Shown here in pieces: positions 19,777-28,759 of a stretch of 64,000 bases of DNA (its first letter is position 1; each line of letters starts with the position of its first letter). Source of the DNA: an uncultured Chloroflexia bacterium (GTDB lineage Bacteria; Chloroflexota; Limnocylindria; Limnocylindrales; CSP1-4); assembly GCA_963745405.1 (NCBI GenBank), contig CAVUWY010000002.1, positions 1,317,221-1,381,220 of the forward strand, written 5' to 3'. The notes under the pieces were generated by a model. It was not told where the DNA came from. It was given only the letters and a program-made list of their open reading frames with translations, and did no database searches. A program made the translations under genes and the position numbers.

Positions 19777-19852
19777 TGGCGCGCCCGACAGGATTCGAAC
19801 CTGCGACCTTCGGCTCCGGAGGCCGACGCTCTATCCACTGAGCTACAGGCGC
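19777..19852 (-). tRNA. tRNA-Arg(CCG)
   Basis: GCGCCTGTAGCTCAGTGGATAGAGC...CTCCGGA...GGTTCGAATCC...GCGCCA cloverleaf. Confidence 0.97.
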
Positions 19853-19984
19853 GCGATGGGCTGGGCCCGCGCCCAGTCTAAGCGCAAAACCCGCAGGGAC
19901 GTCCGTGGCGTCTCGGGCCCTGCGCTCGCGATGCTCACGGCGAGACCGACCACGTCCAAGCCTCGCGGCGATCGGGAAGTCGAT

Positions 19985-20010
19985 GGAACGATTTCGTTGC
20001 TGCCCGACTC
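19985..20010 (+). promoter_or_regulatory. Putative ECF sigma promoter
   Basis: GGAAC-N16-GACTC ending 7 nt before the GTG of the ECF gene. Confidence 0.4.
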
Positions 20011-20017
20011 ATGATGG

Positions 20018-20614
20018 GTGAGCGCGGCCACGGGGCCGCCACCAGCCGGACGTCCGATGCAGCGAGACCTCGTCCTTCGCGCCAGGAACGGCGACCACGA
20101 CGCCTTCACGGTGCTCGCTGCAGGTTCGATCGATCGGCTGCATCGGACCGCCCGGCTGATCCTCCGCAGCGACGAGTCGGCGTCCGACGCCGTCCAGGAG
20201 TCGCTCACGGCCGCCTGGCTGCATATTCGCGCGGTCCGCGATCCGGACCGCTTCGACGCCTGGCTTCATCGGCTGCTCGTCCGGGCCTGCTATCGGGAGG
20301 CACGCCGGGTCAGGCAGCGCGAGGTCGTCGAGATCCACATGAGCGCACCCGACCTCCGGGGAGGACACGACGCTCAGGACCTGACCGCGGTGCGGGATCA
20401 GCTGGAGCGCGGCTTTCGTCGCCTGACCCCTGAAGAGCGGGCCGTGCTCGTCGTCCACCACTACCTCGGCCTGCCGGACGCCGAGGCGGCAGTCGTGCTT
20501 GATATCGCCCTCGGCACGTTCAAGTCCCGGCTGAACCGCGCCTCCTTAGCCCTCCGCGCGGCACTCGAAGCCGACGAACGCACCCCGATCGTCACCAAGG
20601 AGTCGATCGCATGA
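20018..20614 (+). CDS. ECF RNA polymerase sigma factor
   Basis: DAVQES...FDAWL region 2 and GTFKSRLNRA region 4; start may be 20057. Confidence 0.92.
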   Translation: MSAATGPPPAGRPMQRDLVLRARNGDHDAFTVLAAGSIDRLHRTARLILRSDESASDAVQESLTAAWLHIRAVRDPDRFDAWLHRLLVRACYREARRVRQREVVEIHMSAPDLRGGHDAQDLTAVRDQLERGFRRLTPEERAVLVVHHYLGLPDAEAAVVLDIALGTFKSRLNRASLALRAALEADERTPIVTKESIA

Positions 20615-21999
20615 CCGCCTACGACGACTTCGGTCGGACCCTCGTCGGCTGGTTCGAGGCCGACGCCCAGTCGGCGGCGCCCGCCGGGAACCTCGAGCGG
20701 GTCCTCGACGCCACGCGCCGCCGCTCACCCCGGCCGGCGTGGCTCGCCGGTCCCGGCAGCCACTGGGTCGGGGAGGCGCAGGGAACCGGTTCAAGCACCG
20801 GCGCACGCTCGCTGCCAGGCCTCGGTCTGCGCTGGTCGACAGCGCTCATCGTCATCGTGGTCATCTCTGCCATCGTGGGTGGGGCGATCCTCGTCGGAGG
20901 TGGACTGTCTTCGCCCTCGCCGGCCCCGGTCAACCCCTCGACGCTACCCGTCAACCCCTCGGCGCCACCGGTCAACCCCTCACCGCCACCGGTCAACCCC
21001 TCGGCGCTACCGGTCAAGCCCTCACCGCCGCCGACGGGTCACCTGGGTCACCTTGCCTACGGCCTCGATGGCAGCATCTACGTGGCCGACTGGGATGGCC
21101 GAAACCCGGTCCGGATCGCGACGGGGGTTGTCTATCCCGGTGGCGGCGGCCTGGCCGACTGCGGCACCTTCTGGGGAGAGGGACCGATCTGGTCGCCCGA
21201 CGGGCGGCATCTCGCCTATCGCTCTGCCTGGGATGCCAGCTGTCTCGGGACTCCAGGGGCAGGCCAGATCTATGTGGCTGATCCGGAAGGCCATGTGGTC
21301 TCGTCGTTCCCTGGCACCGGCTGGCTCGTCTCATGGTCGCCCGATTCCACTCGCGTCGTCACGGGGGAAGGCCCGGGCAACATCGGCATCTACGGGCTCG
21401 ACGGCGTCCGCCAGGCGCTGCTCACCGTGCCCTCCGGGTGCTCGGGGACGGGCGATTACGACCCGGTGTGGTCGCCCGACCCGGCGTCGCTCGTGGTACA
21501 TACCTGTGTGATCCCGGTCGACGGTGGCACACCATGGCGTGCACCGACGGACGACCCGCTTGTACGGCAGGCCGCGTACTCGCGCGATGGAGCCCGGCTG
21601 GCATTCATCGACTCGCCGTCGCTCGTCATCGCCGATGCCGACGGCGCTGAGCTTCGGGTGCTGCCCAGCGTAGGTGGGAGCGTCGTCATTTCCCCGACGG
21701 GTGATCGGGTGGCCTTCAATGGGGGCGAGCTCGGCGGCATTCGGCCTCAGCTCGGGCGGTCGGTCCGGGTGGTCGACGTGGCGAGCGGGGCGATCAGGAC
21801 GCTTGCAACCGCGAGCGGTGGCGACGGCCTCGGTGTCATCGGGTTTTCACCCGAGGGTGACCGGATCCTCCTCTCGAGATCGGACGCGAACAACGCGGGG
21901 ACGTCTCTCTGGAGTGTCAGCGCCGACGGTTCCGGAGGTCAGCAGCTCGTCACGGGAACCGGCTGGGGCGACTGGCAATCCTTGCCGGCCGGTCCGTGA
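20611..21999 (+). CDS. Putative anti-sigma with TM, Pro-rich linker and TolB/PD40-like propeller
   Basis: ATGA overlap with the sigma gene; one TM; repeated WSPD motifs. Confidence 0.75.
   Translation: MTAYDDFGRTLVGWFEADAQSAAPAGNLERVLDATRRRSPRPAWLAGPGSHWVGEAQGTGSSTGARSLPGLGLRWSTALIVIVVISAIVGGAILVGGGLSSPSPAPVNPSTLPVNPSAPPVNPSPPPVNPSALPVKPSPPPTGHLGHLAYGLDGSIYVADWDGRNPVRIATGVVYPGGGGLADCGTFWGEGPIWSPDGRHLAYRSAWDASCLGTPGAGQIYVADPEGHVVSSFPGTGWLVSWSPDSTRVVTGEGPGNIGIYGLDGVRQALLTVPSGCSGTGDYDPVWSPDPASLVVHTCVIPVDGGTPWRAPTDDPLVRQAAYSRDGARLAFIDSPSLVIADADGAELRVLPSVGGSVVISPTGDRVAFNGGELGGIRPQLGRSVRVVDVASGAIRTLATASGGDGLGVIGFSPEGDRILLSRSDANNAGTSLWSVSADGSGGQQLVTGTGWGDWQSLPAGP
20926..21030 (+). repeat. 5 x 21-bp coding tandem repeat (PVNPSxx)
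   Basis: Units of CCGGTCAACCCCTC(N7). Confidence 0.9.
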
Positions 22000-22015
22000 T
22001 GCGCTCGATTCCTGT

Positions 22016-22408
22016 TCAAGTTCGACTGCGGTCGAGATCCTCCTCCGCTCGCCCGGTGCCGGCGTTCGTGGTAGCCCGCCGCCACGGAAAGGTCCCCTCA
22101 AGCTCGATCTCGAGCGAGAAGCTGAGGAATGTCCTGACGAGGACGATGACGCCGAGGGTGGCGGCGCTGACCAGGGTCAGGTCCACCGTGATCGTGCGGA
22201 TGATGTCGGCCAGGATGAGGATCTCGAGCCCAAGGAGGATCACCCGACCTAGTCCATTTCGGGTGACCGTGTACGCCTCGCCCGCCCGCCCGCGCAGCGC
22301 CGCCACGGCGAACGGCGTCAAGGTCGCGATCGAGCCCACGACGAGGATGGCCACGCCCACGAACTCGAAGCCGAGGGCGACGTCCTCCATCAACTCTTGA
22401 AAGCTCAT
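22016..22408 (-). CDS. DUF1622-like membrane protein
   Basis: LGRVILLGLEILILADII.T...IVLVRTFLSFSLEIE. Confidence 0.85.
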   Translation of the reverse strand: MSFQELMEDVALGFEFVGVAILVVGSIATLTPFAVAALRGRAGEAYTVTRNGLGRVILLGLEILILADIIRTITVDLTLVSAATLGVIVLVRTFLSFSLEIELEGTFPWRRATTNAGTGRAEEDLDRSRT

Positions 22409-22483
22409 CGGATCCCTTCAGGACAGAGACAAACGGCGGCCGTCAGTACCGGCATCGCCGGCCGACGACCGCCGCTGGTCTAC

Positions 22484-22954
22484 CTAGGAGATGACCTTGG
22501 CCTTCAGCGACTCGTACTCGGTGTCGGAGATCGCCCCGGCGTCCTTTAGCTGCTTGAGCTTGGTCAGTTCGTCGGCCGTCGAGACGCCGGCGACCGCCTT
22601 ATTCGCGGCCTCGGCCTGGGCCATCATCTGGACGTCCTGGGCGGTGACCTTCGGCCGCATGACCATGTAGATCAGGGCGCCGAGGAACGGCAGGATCACC
22701 AGGACGATGATCCAGATCGCCTTCGTCCCGCCGGAGATGTCGTTCCGCCGGAAGATATCGCCGAAGATGGCGATGAAGATCCAGATCAACATGACCCAGA
22801 AGAAGAAGACGACCATCGACCAGACGACGTCCCAGAACGTCAGGCTGTTCGTGCCCACCTGGGCGCACGCCGCAAGGACGAGTGGTACGACTGCCACCAG
22901 GACGGTGGTCGGCAGCACCCGCCGCAGGATCGAACCGATGGATTCGTTACGCAC
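22484..22954 (-). CDS. PLDc_N + SHOCT membrane protein with possible lipobox
   Basis: DIFRR.D.SG..KA.W...LPFLG.LIY; C-terminal DELTKL..L...GAIS..EY...KAK; LAAC. Confidence 0.8.
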   Translation of the reverse strand: MRNESIGSILRRVLPTTVLVAVVPLVLAACAQVGTNSLTFWDVVWSMVVFFFWVMLIWIFIAIFGDIFRRNDISGGTKAIWIIVLVILPFLGALIYMVMRPKVTAQDVQMMAQAEAANKAVAGVSTADELTKLKQLKDAGAISDTEYESLKAKVIS

Positions 22955-23003
22955 GTTGAACCTCCCCGTGATCGTTTCGCGAGCAGGGTCTGCTCGGTGG
23001 GCG

Positions 23004-23627
23004 TCAGCTCGCTGAAGCGTCTCCGGCGGCCTTGGCGGCCTGCTTGACCGCGGCGGCGGTCTCGTCGCTGACCGGAGCCGACTTGACGACCTTGGCGTCC
23101 GGGATCGCCTGCTTCACTGCGTCGACCGCCGTGATGGACACCAGAGCCACGATGCCCGAGGTGCCCGGGGCGATGACCGAGGCGAGCTCGTCCGCCACGT
23201 CGCTCTTCATGAGCACGTTGCGGGTCTTGCCGATGGCGGCCCCCGCGATTCCGACGCCCACGGCGCCGGCGATGATGGTCGGCGGGAAGATAACGCCGAG
23301 GACCGCGCCGCCGACGGCGCCCCACAGGAAGCCGTTGCGCGTCTTGTGGTCGGTCATCTTCTGGATGTTGATCTTGCCCTGGTAGTCGGCGTTGGCAACC
23401 AGGACGCCGTCGATGTCGAGCGCCCGGTTGACCTCGGCGTCGAGCAGCACGTTGTAGGCCGCCTTGGCCGAGTCCATGTCGGCGAACTGCGCCACGATGA
23501 TCGCCTGGTTGCCCTGGACGGCGACCCCGGCCACCGCCTGGACACCGAGGTCGTCTCCGGCCACGACCACGGCGGCATCGACCGGCTGATCCGCCGTTGC
23601 TGCTGCGTTCTGCTTCTCGGTAGTCAT
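23004..23627 (-). CDS. DUF1269-like protein
   Basis: Glycine-zipper GFLWGAVGGAVLG and PGTSGIVAL. Confidence 0.7.
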   Translation of the reverse strand: MTTEKQNAAATADQPVDAAVVVAGDDLGVQAVAGVAVQGNQAIIVAQFADMDSAKAAYNVLLDAEVNRALDIDGVLVANADYQGKINIQKMTDHKTRNGFLWGAVGGAVLGVIFPPTIIAGAVGVGIAGAAIGKTRNVLMKSDVADELASVIAPGTSGIVALVSITAVDAVKQAIPDAKVVKSAPVSDETAAAVKQAAKAAGDASAS

Positions 23628-23692
23628 CTGGATATCTCCCCTCATCTGGGAGCGCCCCGAACGGGGCGCTCGAACACTTCCCGTTCCGCGCC

Positions 23693-24694
23693 TCAGCTCA
23701 CCCCAACCGCGACCTCCTCGGCGGCGAGGACGGACGAGACGGCCTCGTCCGCGGCCTCCTGCTCGATCATCTCGGCCGCGACGAGCGCATCGACCGCCTC
23801 CTGGGCCGCCTCCCGTTCGATGAGGTCGGCCGCGATGAGGGCGCGGATGGCGCGGAGCGCTGCCGCCGCCGCGATCTCGTCCGCGGTGGCCACGGCCTCC
23901 TCGGCCTCCTCGGTCGCCGCCTCCTCGACGTCGAGGGACATCCGCACGACGTTCTCCGCCTCGTCCTTCGCGGCCTCCTCGATGAGCGAGGCGGCGAACA
24001 GTGTGTCGACGACGTCGCTGGCAGCGGCATCCTCGACTGCGAGCGCCGTGGCCACGACATCGGCCGCCTCGGCGATGGCGGCGTCCTCGATGAGTTCGGC
24101 CTCGACGAGGGTCCGGGCGATCTCCATGGCGGCCGCCAGCTTGATCTCCTCGGCCGCCTCGATCGCGTCCTCGGCTTCCATCTTCACCCGCAGCTCGTCG
24201 CCGACGATGGCGAGGGCGTCGGGGGCGAGCATCGCCTGCATGAGCGTCCGGCCGCCGGCGTCCACGATCGAGTCGCGAAGGTTCGCCGCCCAGTGGTGCT
24301 CGATGACGAGGATCGCGGCGGCGCTGCCGGCCGGGATCGATCCCGCGAGCTCCTGCATGCGGTCGACCGAGAGGCCGGCGTCGCGCTCGGCGACGGCGAG
24401 CGCGCCGACCTCGGCGCCCTCGACCATGCCAGTGACGCCACCGGCGTGGAGCCCGATGAGCCCGCCGGCGATCGAGCCGAGGCGCATCCGTTCGGTCTCC
24501 GAGAGATCCGTCAGGTGCATCGAGTTCTCGATGTCGCCCTGCCGGTTCTTCTGGACGAAGATGACGTCGACGAGGCGGATGACGCCGCGCTTCCGCGCCC
24601 GGCGCAGCTCGGCCATGATCCGACCGGTCGCCTCGAACTTGTCGAACCCGATCACGAACACCTGGATCGGGCCGGTCACGTGCTTGTCAGCCAT
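23693..24694 (-). CDS. DUF1269/DUF6325-like protein with long acidic Ala/Glu-rich tail
   Basis: GPIQVFVIGF...IPAGSAAAILVIEHHWA..L...GG, then a long A/E/D-rich helical segment. Confidence 0.7.
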   Translation of the reverse strand: MADKHVTGPIQVFVIGFDKFEATGRIMAELRRARKRGVIRLVDVIFVQKNRQGDIENSMHLTDLSETERMRLGSIAGGLIGLHAGGVTGMVEGAEVGALAVAERDAGLSVDRMQELAGSIPAGSAAAILVIEHHWAANLRDSIVDAGGRTLMQAMLAPDALAIVGDELRVKMEAEDAIEAAEEIKLAAAMEIARTLVEAELIEDAAIAEAADVVATALAVEDAAASDVVDTLFAASLIEEAAKDEAENVVRMSLDVEEAATEEAEEAVATADEIAAAAALRAIRALIAADLIEREAAQEAVDALVAAEMIEQEAADEAVSSVLAAEEVAVGVS

Positions 24695-24770
24695 CTCTGA
24701 TCTCCTTCTCCCTGCTCTCGATGTCCGGCGCGACCTCGCGTCGCGGGACGGGTAGTCCGCGTCGCTCTCT

Positions 24771-25415
24771 TCAGGCCGGGGTCCCGGGCGCGTCCTGCGA
24801 CGCTGCCGCGGCTGCGGCAGCCTTGATCGCCCCGGCCGTCGCTTCGTCGACCGGGACCGTCTTGACCTGCTCGGCCTGGGGCATCTTCTGGGCCACGGCC
24901 TCGGCATCCATGGCCGAGACGAGCGCGAGGATGCCGGAGGTACCCGGCGTGATGACGCCGGCGAGCTCCTTCTCGACCTCGGCCCGGTGGTGGAGGCTGC
25001 GCGCCTTGCCGGCTGCCGCGCCGGCGATGCCGAGCGTCACGGCGCCGGCCACGATCGTGGCGGGCAGGAAGACTGCCGCGACGACGCCGCCGACGATGCC
25101 CCACTTGAGGCCCGTGCGAGTGCTGTGGTCGGTCATCTTCTGGACGTGGAGCTTGCCGCCTTCGTCCGCCTTGACGACGAGGACGCCGTCCACCTCGAGC
25201 AGGCCTGCCACCTCGGCGTCCATGAGGTCGTCATAGGTATTCATCGCCAGGGTGGAGCCCGCGAAGCGCGCCACGATCAGAGAGTGCCCGCCCTGAGCCG
25301 CGATCGCGCCCTCGACGAGCGCGCCTTGATCGTCAGCCACGCTTGCCCCGACGACGACGGTGTCGTCGGCGCTGTGCACCGCCGTCGTCCCCGGCGCCGT
25401 GTGCTCGTCGGTCAT
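24771..25415 (-). CDS. DUF1269-like protein (paralogue of 23004-23627)
   Basis: Shares DGVLV, QKMTDH and PGTSGI. Confidence 0.7.
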   Translation of the reverse strand: MTDEHTAPGTTAVHSADDTVVVGASVADDQGALVEGAIAAQGGHSLIVARFAGSTLAMNTYDDLMDAEVAGLLEVDGVLVVKADEGGKLHVQKMTDHSTRTGLKWGIVGGVVAAVFLPATIVAGAVTLGIAGAAAGKARSLHHRAEVEKELAGVITPGTSGILALVSAMDAEAVAQKMPQAEQVKTVPVDEATAGAIKAAAAAAASQDAPGTPA

Positions 25416-25582
25416 CTCGATACCTTTCCGCCCGCCAACCGGGCGAGCATCCCCCTTTGGGCAGACCTGTTCCTCGTTCGGAGATCGACAGGCCGACCGG
25501 GCCTCGGGACGCGACCAGGGGCGTCGACCTCAGGCGAGTCCACCCGAGCGATGGCACCTTAGGCAGCGTCCGCGGCTGGACG

Positions 25583-25598
25583 CATCCTCCCCGTCGGA
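25583..25598 (-). promoter_or_regulatory. Conserved 16-bp box, copy 1
   Basis: TCCGACGGGGAGGATG on minus strand, 21 nt before TAAGGT. Confidence 0.6.
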
Positions 25599-25749
25599 TG
25601 AAGGAAGCTCGACAAGGGCCGGTGACCGGGCAGCGCGACGCGATGATCAGCCGCTCGGTGCTACTGGACCGCGGTCTGACGCCTCCGCTAGGATGCGCAC
25701 CTCGCCCAAGGGCTCGGTCCCTCGACCGCGCCGCCAGCCGGTACACCGC

Positions 25750-28077
25750 ATGTCCCCATCCAGTCCCCCCGTCGAGATCGAAGCGATCGAGCGTGGAAAC
25801 CCCAGAAGCGGCGACGGCGCCCCCGTCGTGCTCGATCCGCTCCTCGAGGCAAGGCTCGTCGTCCCGCGCCGGCATGTCGGGACGTTGCGCCGGACAGGAC
25901 TGCTGCGTCGACTTCGGTCTGCCCGGGAACGACCCATCATCTCGATCGTGGCACCGCCCGGTTACGGCAAGACGAGCCTCCTCGTCCAGTGGGCGACGGA
26001 GGACTCCCGGCCGGTCGCCTGGCTGACGGCCGACGACCGCGACAGCGACCCGGTCACGTTCCTCACAGACCTCGCAGTGGCGATCGACCGCCTCGTGCCG
26101 CTCGGTGCGGAGCTATTCACGGCGATGGCGTCGGCCACGATGTCGCACCGGACCGTGGTCGGTCGATTGCTGGCCGGGATGTCCCGACCCGACGAGCCCG
26201 TGCGGATCGCGATCGACGACGGGCACCGGATCACCTCTCGGGCCAGTCTCGACATCCTCGCGGAGCTGGTCACCCACCTGCCCGAAGGGACGCAGGTGGC
26301 AATCGCGGGTCGTGTACGGATGCGCCTCCCGTTCGACCGCTGGCGGGCAGACGGCTCACTCCTGGAGATCGGTCCCGCCGAGCTCGCGATCGACGAGCAT
26401 GAGGCCGTCGGCCTGGGACGCGAGCTCGGGCTGCGGCTGCCAGCCGAAACGGCGGTCCGCCTGACGCGAGAGACTGAAGGGTGGCCAGCCCTGCTGGCCC
26501 TCGCGATGCTCGGAGCCGGGACCTCCAGCCGAGGGCCTGAGCGGATCGCCTCGACCGACGACCTCGTCGCAGGCTACCTGCGGTCCGAGGTGCTCGACCG
26601 CCGCACTGCTCCCGAGATCGATTTCCTGATCCGCACCTCGATCCTCGAGCACCTCACCGCACCGCTGTGCGATGCCGTGATGGATCGACCTGGATCGACC
26701 GATGTTCTACGGCAGCTTGTGCGCTCGACCGTACTGATGGACGAGTACGGCGGGTCGTACCGCTGCCACACCCTTCTGCGCGAGTTCCTCCAGCGCGAAC
26801 TCGCGATACGGGAGCCAGAGCTGGTGACCGCCCTCCATGAACGAGCTGCCACCTGGTACGGGAGTAACGAAGCTCTGGAGCCCGCCGTCGACCACGCGTT
26901 CGCAGCACGCGATCTCGACCTCGCCGCCACGCTCGTCGGAAACGGCTTCGGCTTCTACCACTGGTCTGGCCGTCGAGCGACCATGCGGGCATGGGCCAGG
27001 CGTTTCGGCGCCGAGTCACTTGAGACACGGCCGTGGCTCGCCGTACTTGCAGCCTGGGAGGAGATCGCCGCCGGCGATGTCGCCGCAGCGGTGCGTTTCG
27101 GGGAGGTCGCCGAGCGTGGAAGGTTCGAGGAGCGGCCGCCTGACGGGACGGCTTCCTTCGAAGCCGGACGGGCGATGCTCCGAGCGGGCATGGCCCGTCA
27201 GGGTGCCGAGGATGCACTGGCGAACGCCACCCGAGCGGTCGAGCTGGAAGGGGACTTTGGCTCCTGGCGGGACTTCGCACTGTGGCAGCTGGCTTTCGCG
27301 CACCTTACGGTCGGCGATCTCGCCGGCGCAGATGCCGCGTTGGCCGACGCGGGCGTCGCTGCCCGGTCGGCGGGCGACGTCGCGGTCTGGTACTGCGTAC
27401 TCGGGCACCGGGCTCTCGTGGCCGTCGAGCGAGGCGCCTGGGATGCCGCCGGTGCCCTGATCGACGAGAGCGACGCGATCTCCCCAGCGCCCCAGATCGA
27501 CGGGTATCTTTCGAGTGTTCCGTCTCGCGCGGTCCGCATCAGGCTGATGATCCACCGCGGGGACATCACCTCGGCGCGTCTCGAGTTGGCGCGGGCAAGC
27601 ACCCTGCGACCACTCCTGACGGCCGCGGCTCCTGCGGCGGCCGTCCAGCTCCTTCTCTCATTCGCCCGGGCCCACGTCGCGATCGACGATCCGGCGGGCG
27701 CGCGCGCCCTCGTCACGCAGGCGAGCGATGTGATCCACGATCGGCCTGATCTCGGTGTACTGCCCGCAGAGGTGGACGCATTCCGGGCGTCCTTGGCTGC
27801 ACGGACGTCCGGGGGTGGCGGCGGTGCTACGAGCCTTACCCTCGCGGAGCTCCGCGTGCTTTCGTTCCTGCCCTACTACCTCTCCTTCAAGGAGATCGGG
27901 CAGCGGCTCGGCGTCAAGGAGACGACGGTCAAGTCGCAGTCGCTCGCGATATACCAGAAGCTGGGAGCGGGGACGCGGAGCGACGCCGTCGACCTGGCGG
28001 TCGAAGCGGGGCTCCTCGAGCGCTTCTGGCCGGCCGCCGCAGCTCTGCCGTCGAGAGGCCTGTCCCCCGAGGGCTGA
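25750..28077 (+). CDS. MalT-like ATP-dependent LuxR regulator
   Basis: APPGYGKT Walker A, TEGWPA, C-terminal LTLAELRVL...IGQRL...TVKSQ..AIYQKLG HTH. Confidence 0.92.
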   Translation: MSPSSPPVEIEAIERGNPRSGDGAPVVLDPLLEARLVVPRRHVGTLRRTGLLRRLRSARERPIISIVAPPGYGKTSLLVQWATEDSRPVAWLTADDRDSDPVTFLTDLAVAIDRLVPLGAELFTAMASATMSHRTVVGRLLAGMSRPDEPVRIAIDDGHRITSRASLDILAELVTHLPEGTQVAIAGRVRMRLPFDRWRADGSLLEIGPAELAIDEHEAVGLGRELGLRLPAETAVRLTRETEGWPALLALAMLGAGTSSRGPERIASTDDLVAGYLRSEVLDRRTAPEIDFLIRTSILEHLTAPLCDAVMDRPGSTDVLRQLVRSTVLMDEYGGSYRCHTLLREFLQRELAIREPELVTALHERAATWYGSNEALEPAVDHAFAARDLDLAATLVGNGFGFYHWSGRRATMRAWARRFGAESLETRPWLAVLAAWEEIAAGDVAAAVRFGEVAERGRFEERPPDGTASFEAGRAMLRAGMARQGAEDALANATRAVELEGDFGSWRDFALWQLAFAHLTVGDLAGADAALADAGVAARSAGDVAVWYCVLGHRALVAVERGAWDAAGALIDESDAISPAPQIDGYLSSVPSRAVRIRLMIHRGDITSARLELARASTLRPLLTAAAPAAAVQLLLSFARAHVAIDDPAGARALVTQASDVIHDRPDLGVLPAEVDAFRASLAARTSGGGGGATSLTLAELRVLSFLPYYLSFKEIGQRLGVKETTVKSQSLAIYQKLGAGTRSDAVDLAVEAGLLERFWPAAAALPSRGLSPEG

Positions 28078-28102
28078 CGACGGGCGAGGTCGAGCGTCTT
28101 CC

Positions 28103-28118
28103 TCCGACGGGGAGGATG
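28103..28118 (+). promoter_or_regulatory. Conserved 16-bp box, copy 2
   Basis: TCCGACGGGGAGGATG, identical to copy 1. Confidence 0.6.
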
Positions 28119-28219
28119 TTCCGGCTGTCCGAAACAGCCGAAATAGAGAGCGTTCGACCCGGCTGAGTAGGCCCCGAATGCCCGCGGGTCGTGCAGGCCC
28201 GTCACCCGAGTGGATTCCG

Positions 28220-28759
28220 ATGAGGACCACGTCAACGAACGAGCGCGAGTCTCCAGGAGGCCCGAACCGCCAGCAGGACGGAAGCCCGGCCATGCCCGGC
28301 CCCGATCGAGCCACCGCCCGGGGTGGCCGGGCTCGGGCACGTCGACGACGACCGCCCGCCGTGGTCATCGTGGCGATCACCTACGTGGTCGTATCGCTGG
28401 CCTGGGCCGCCCTGACGATCCGCACCTTGATCTCAGCCGAGATCCTCCTCCCGCGGGGCGGCGGCATCCTCAACATGGAGTTACTTCGAAGCGAGTTCAC
28501 GCTGCTCGGCGGGATCGTGGCGGTCCGGCAGCTGGCCGCCGGCGTGACGGCGTTCGTGGCCGGCATCGCTCTCCTCCGGATGCACCCGCGGGGCTGGCTC
28601 CTCGGCATGGTCGCTGCGGTCATCGTCCTCGCGGTGCAGCTCGTCTCCTGGTATGACACGGCCCCCAATTACATCCTCATGGCCCTCGCCGTCGCCGTCG
28701 TCCTCCTCATGAACCAGGCCGAGGTGCGCGACGCCTTCGGCGAGGAGGCAACGGCGTGA
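28220..28759 (+). CDS. 4-TM membrane protein
   Basis: Four hydrophobic segments ending NQAEVRDAF; start may be 28292. Confidence 0.65.
   Translation: MRTTSTNERESPGGPNRQQDGSPAMPGPDRATARGGRARARRRRPPAVVIVAITYVVVSLAWAALTIRTLISAEILLPRGGGILNMELLRSEFTLLGGIVAVRQLAAGVTAFVAGIALLRMHPRGWLLGMVAAVIVLAVQLVSWYDTAPNYILMALAVAVVLLMNQAEVRDAFGEEATA

Larger units (their letters stand above)
13215..19792. mobile_element. Decayed genomic island integrated at tRNA-Arg(CCG)
   Basis: Bounded by a 17-bp direct repeat of the tRNA 3' end; recombinase-like remnant next to the tRNA; contains pseudogenes. Confidence 0.65.
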
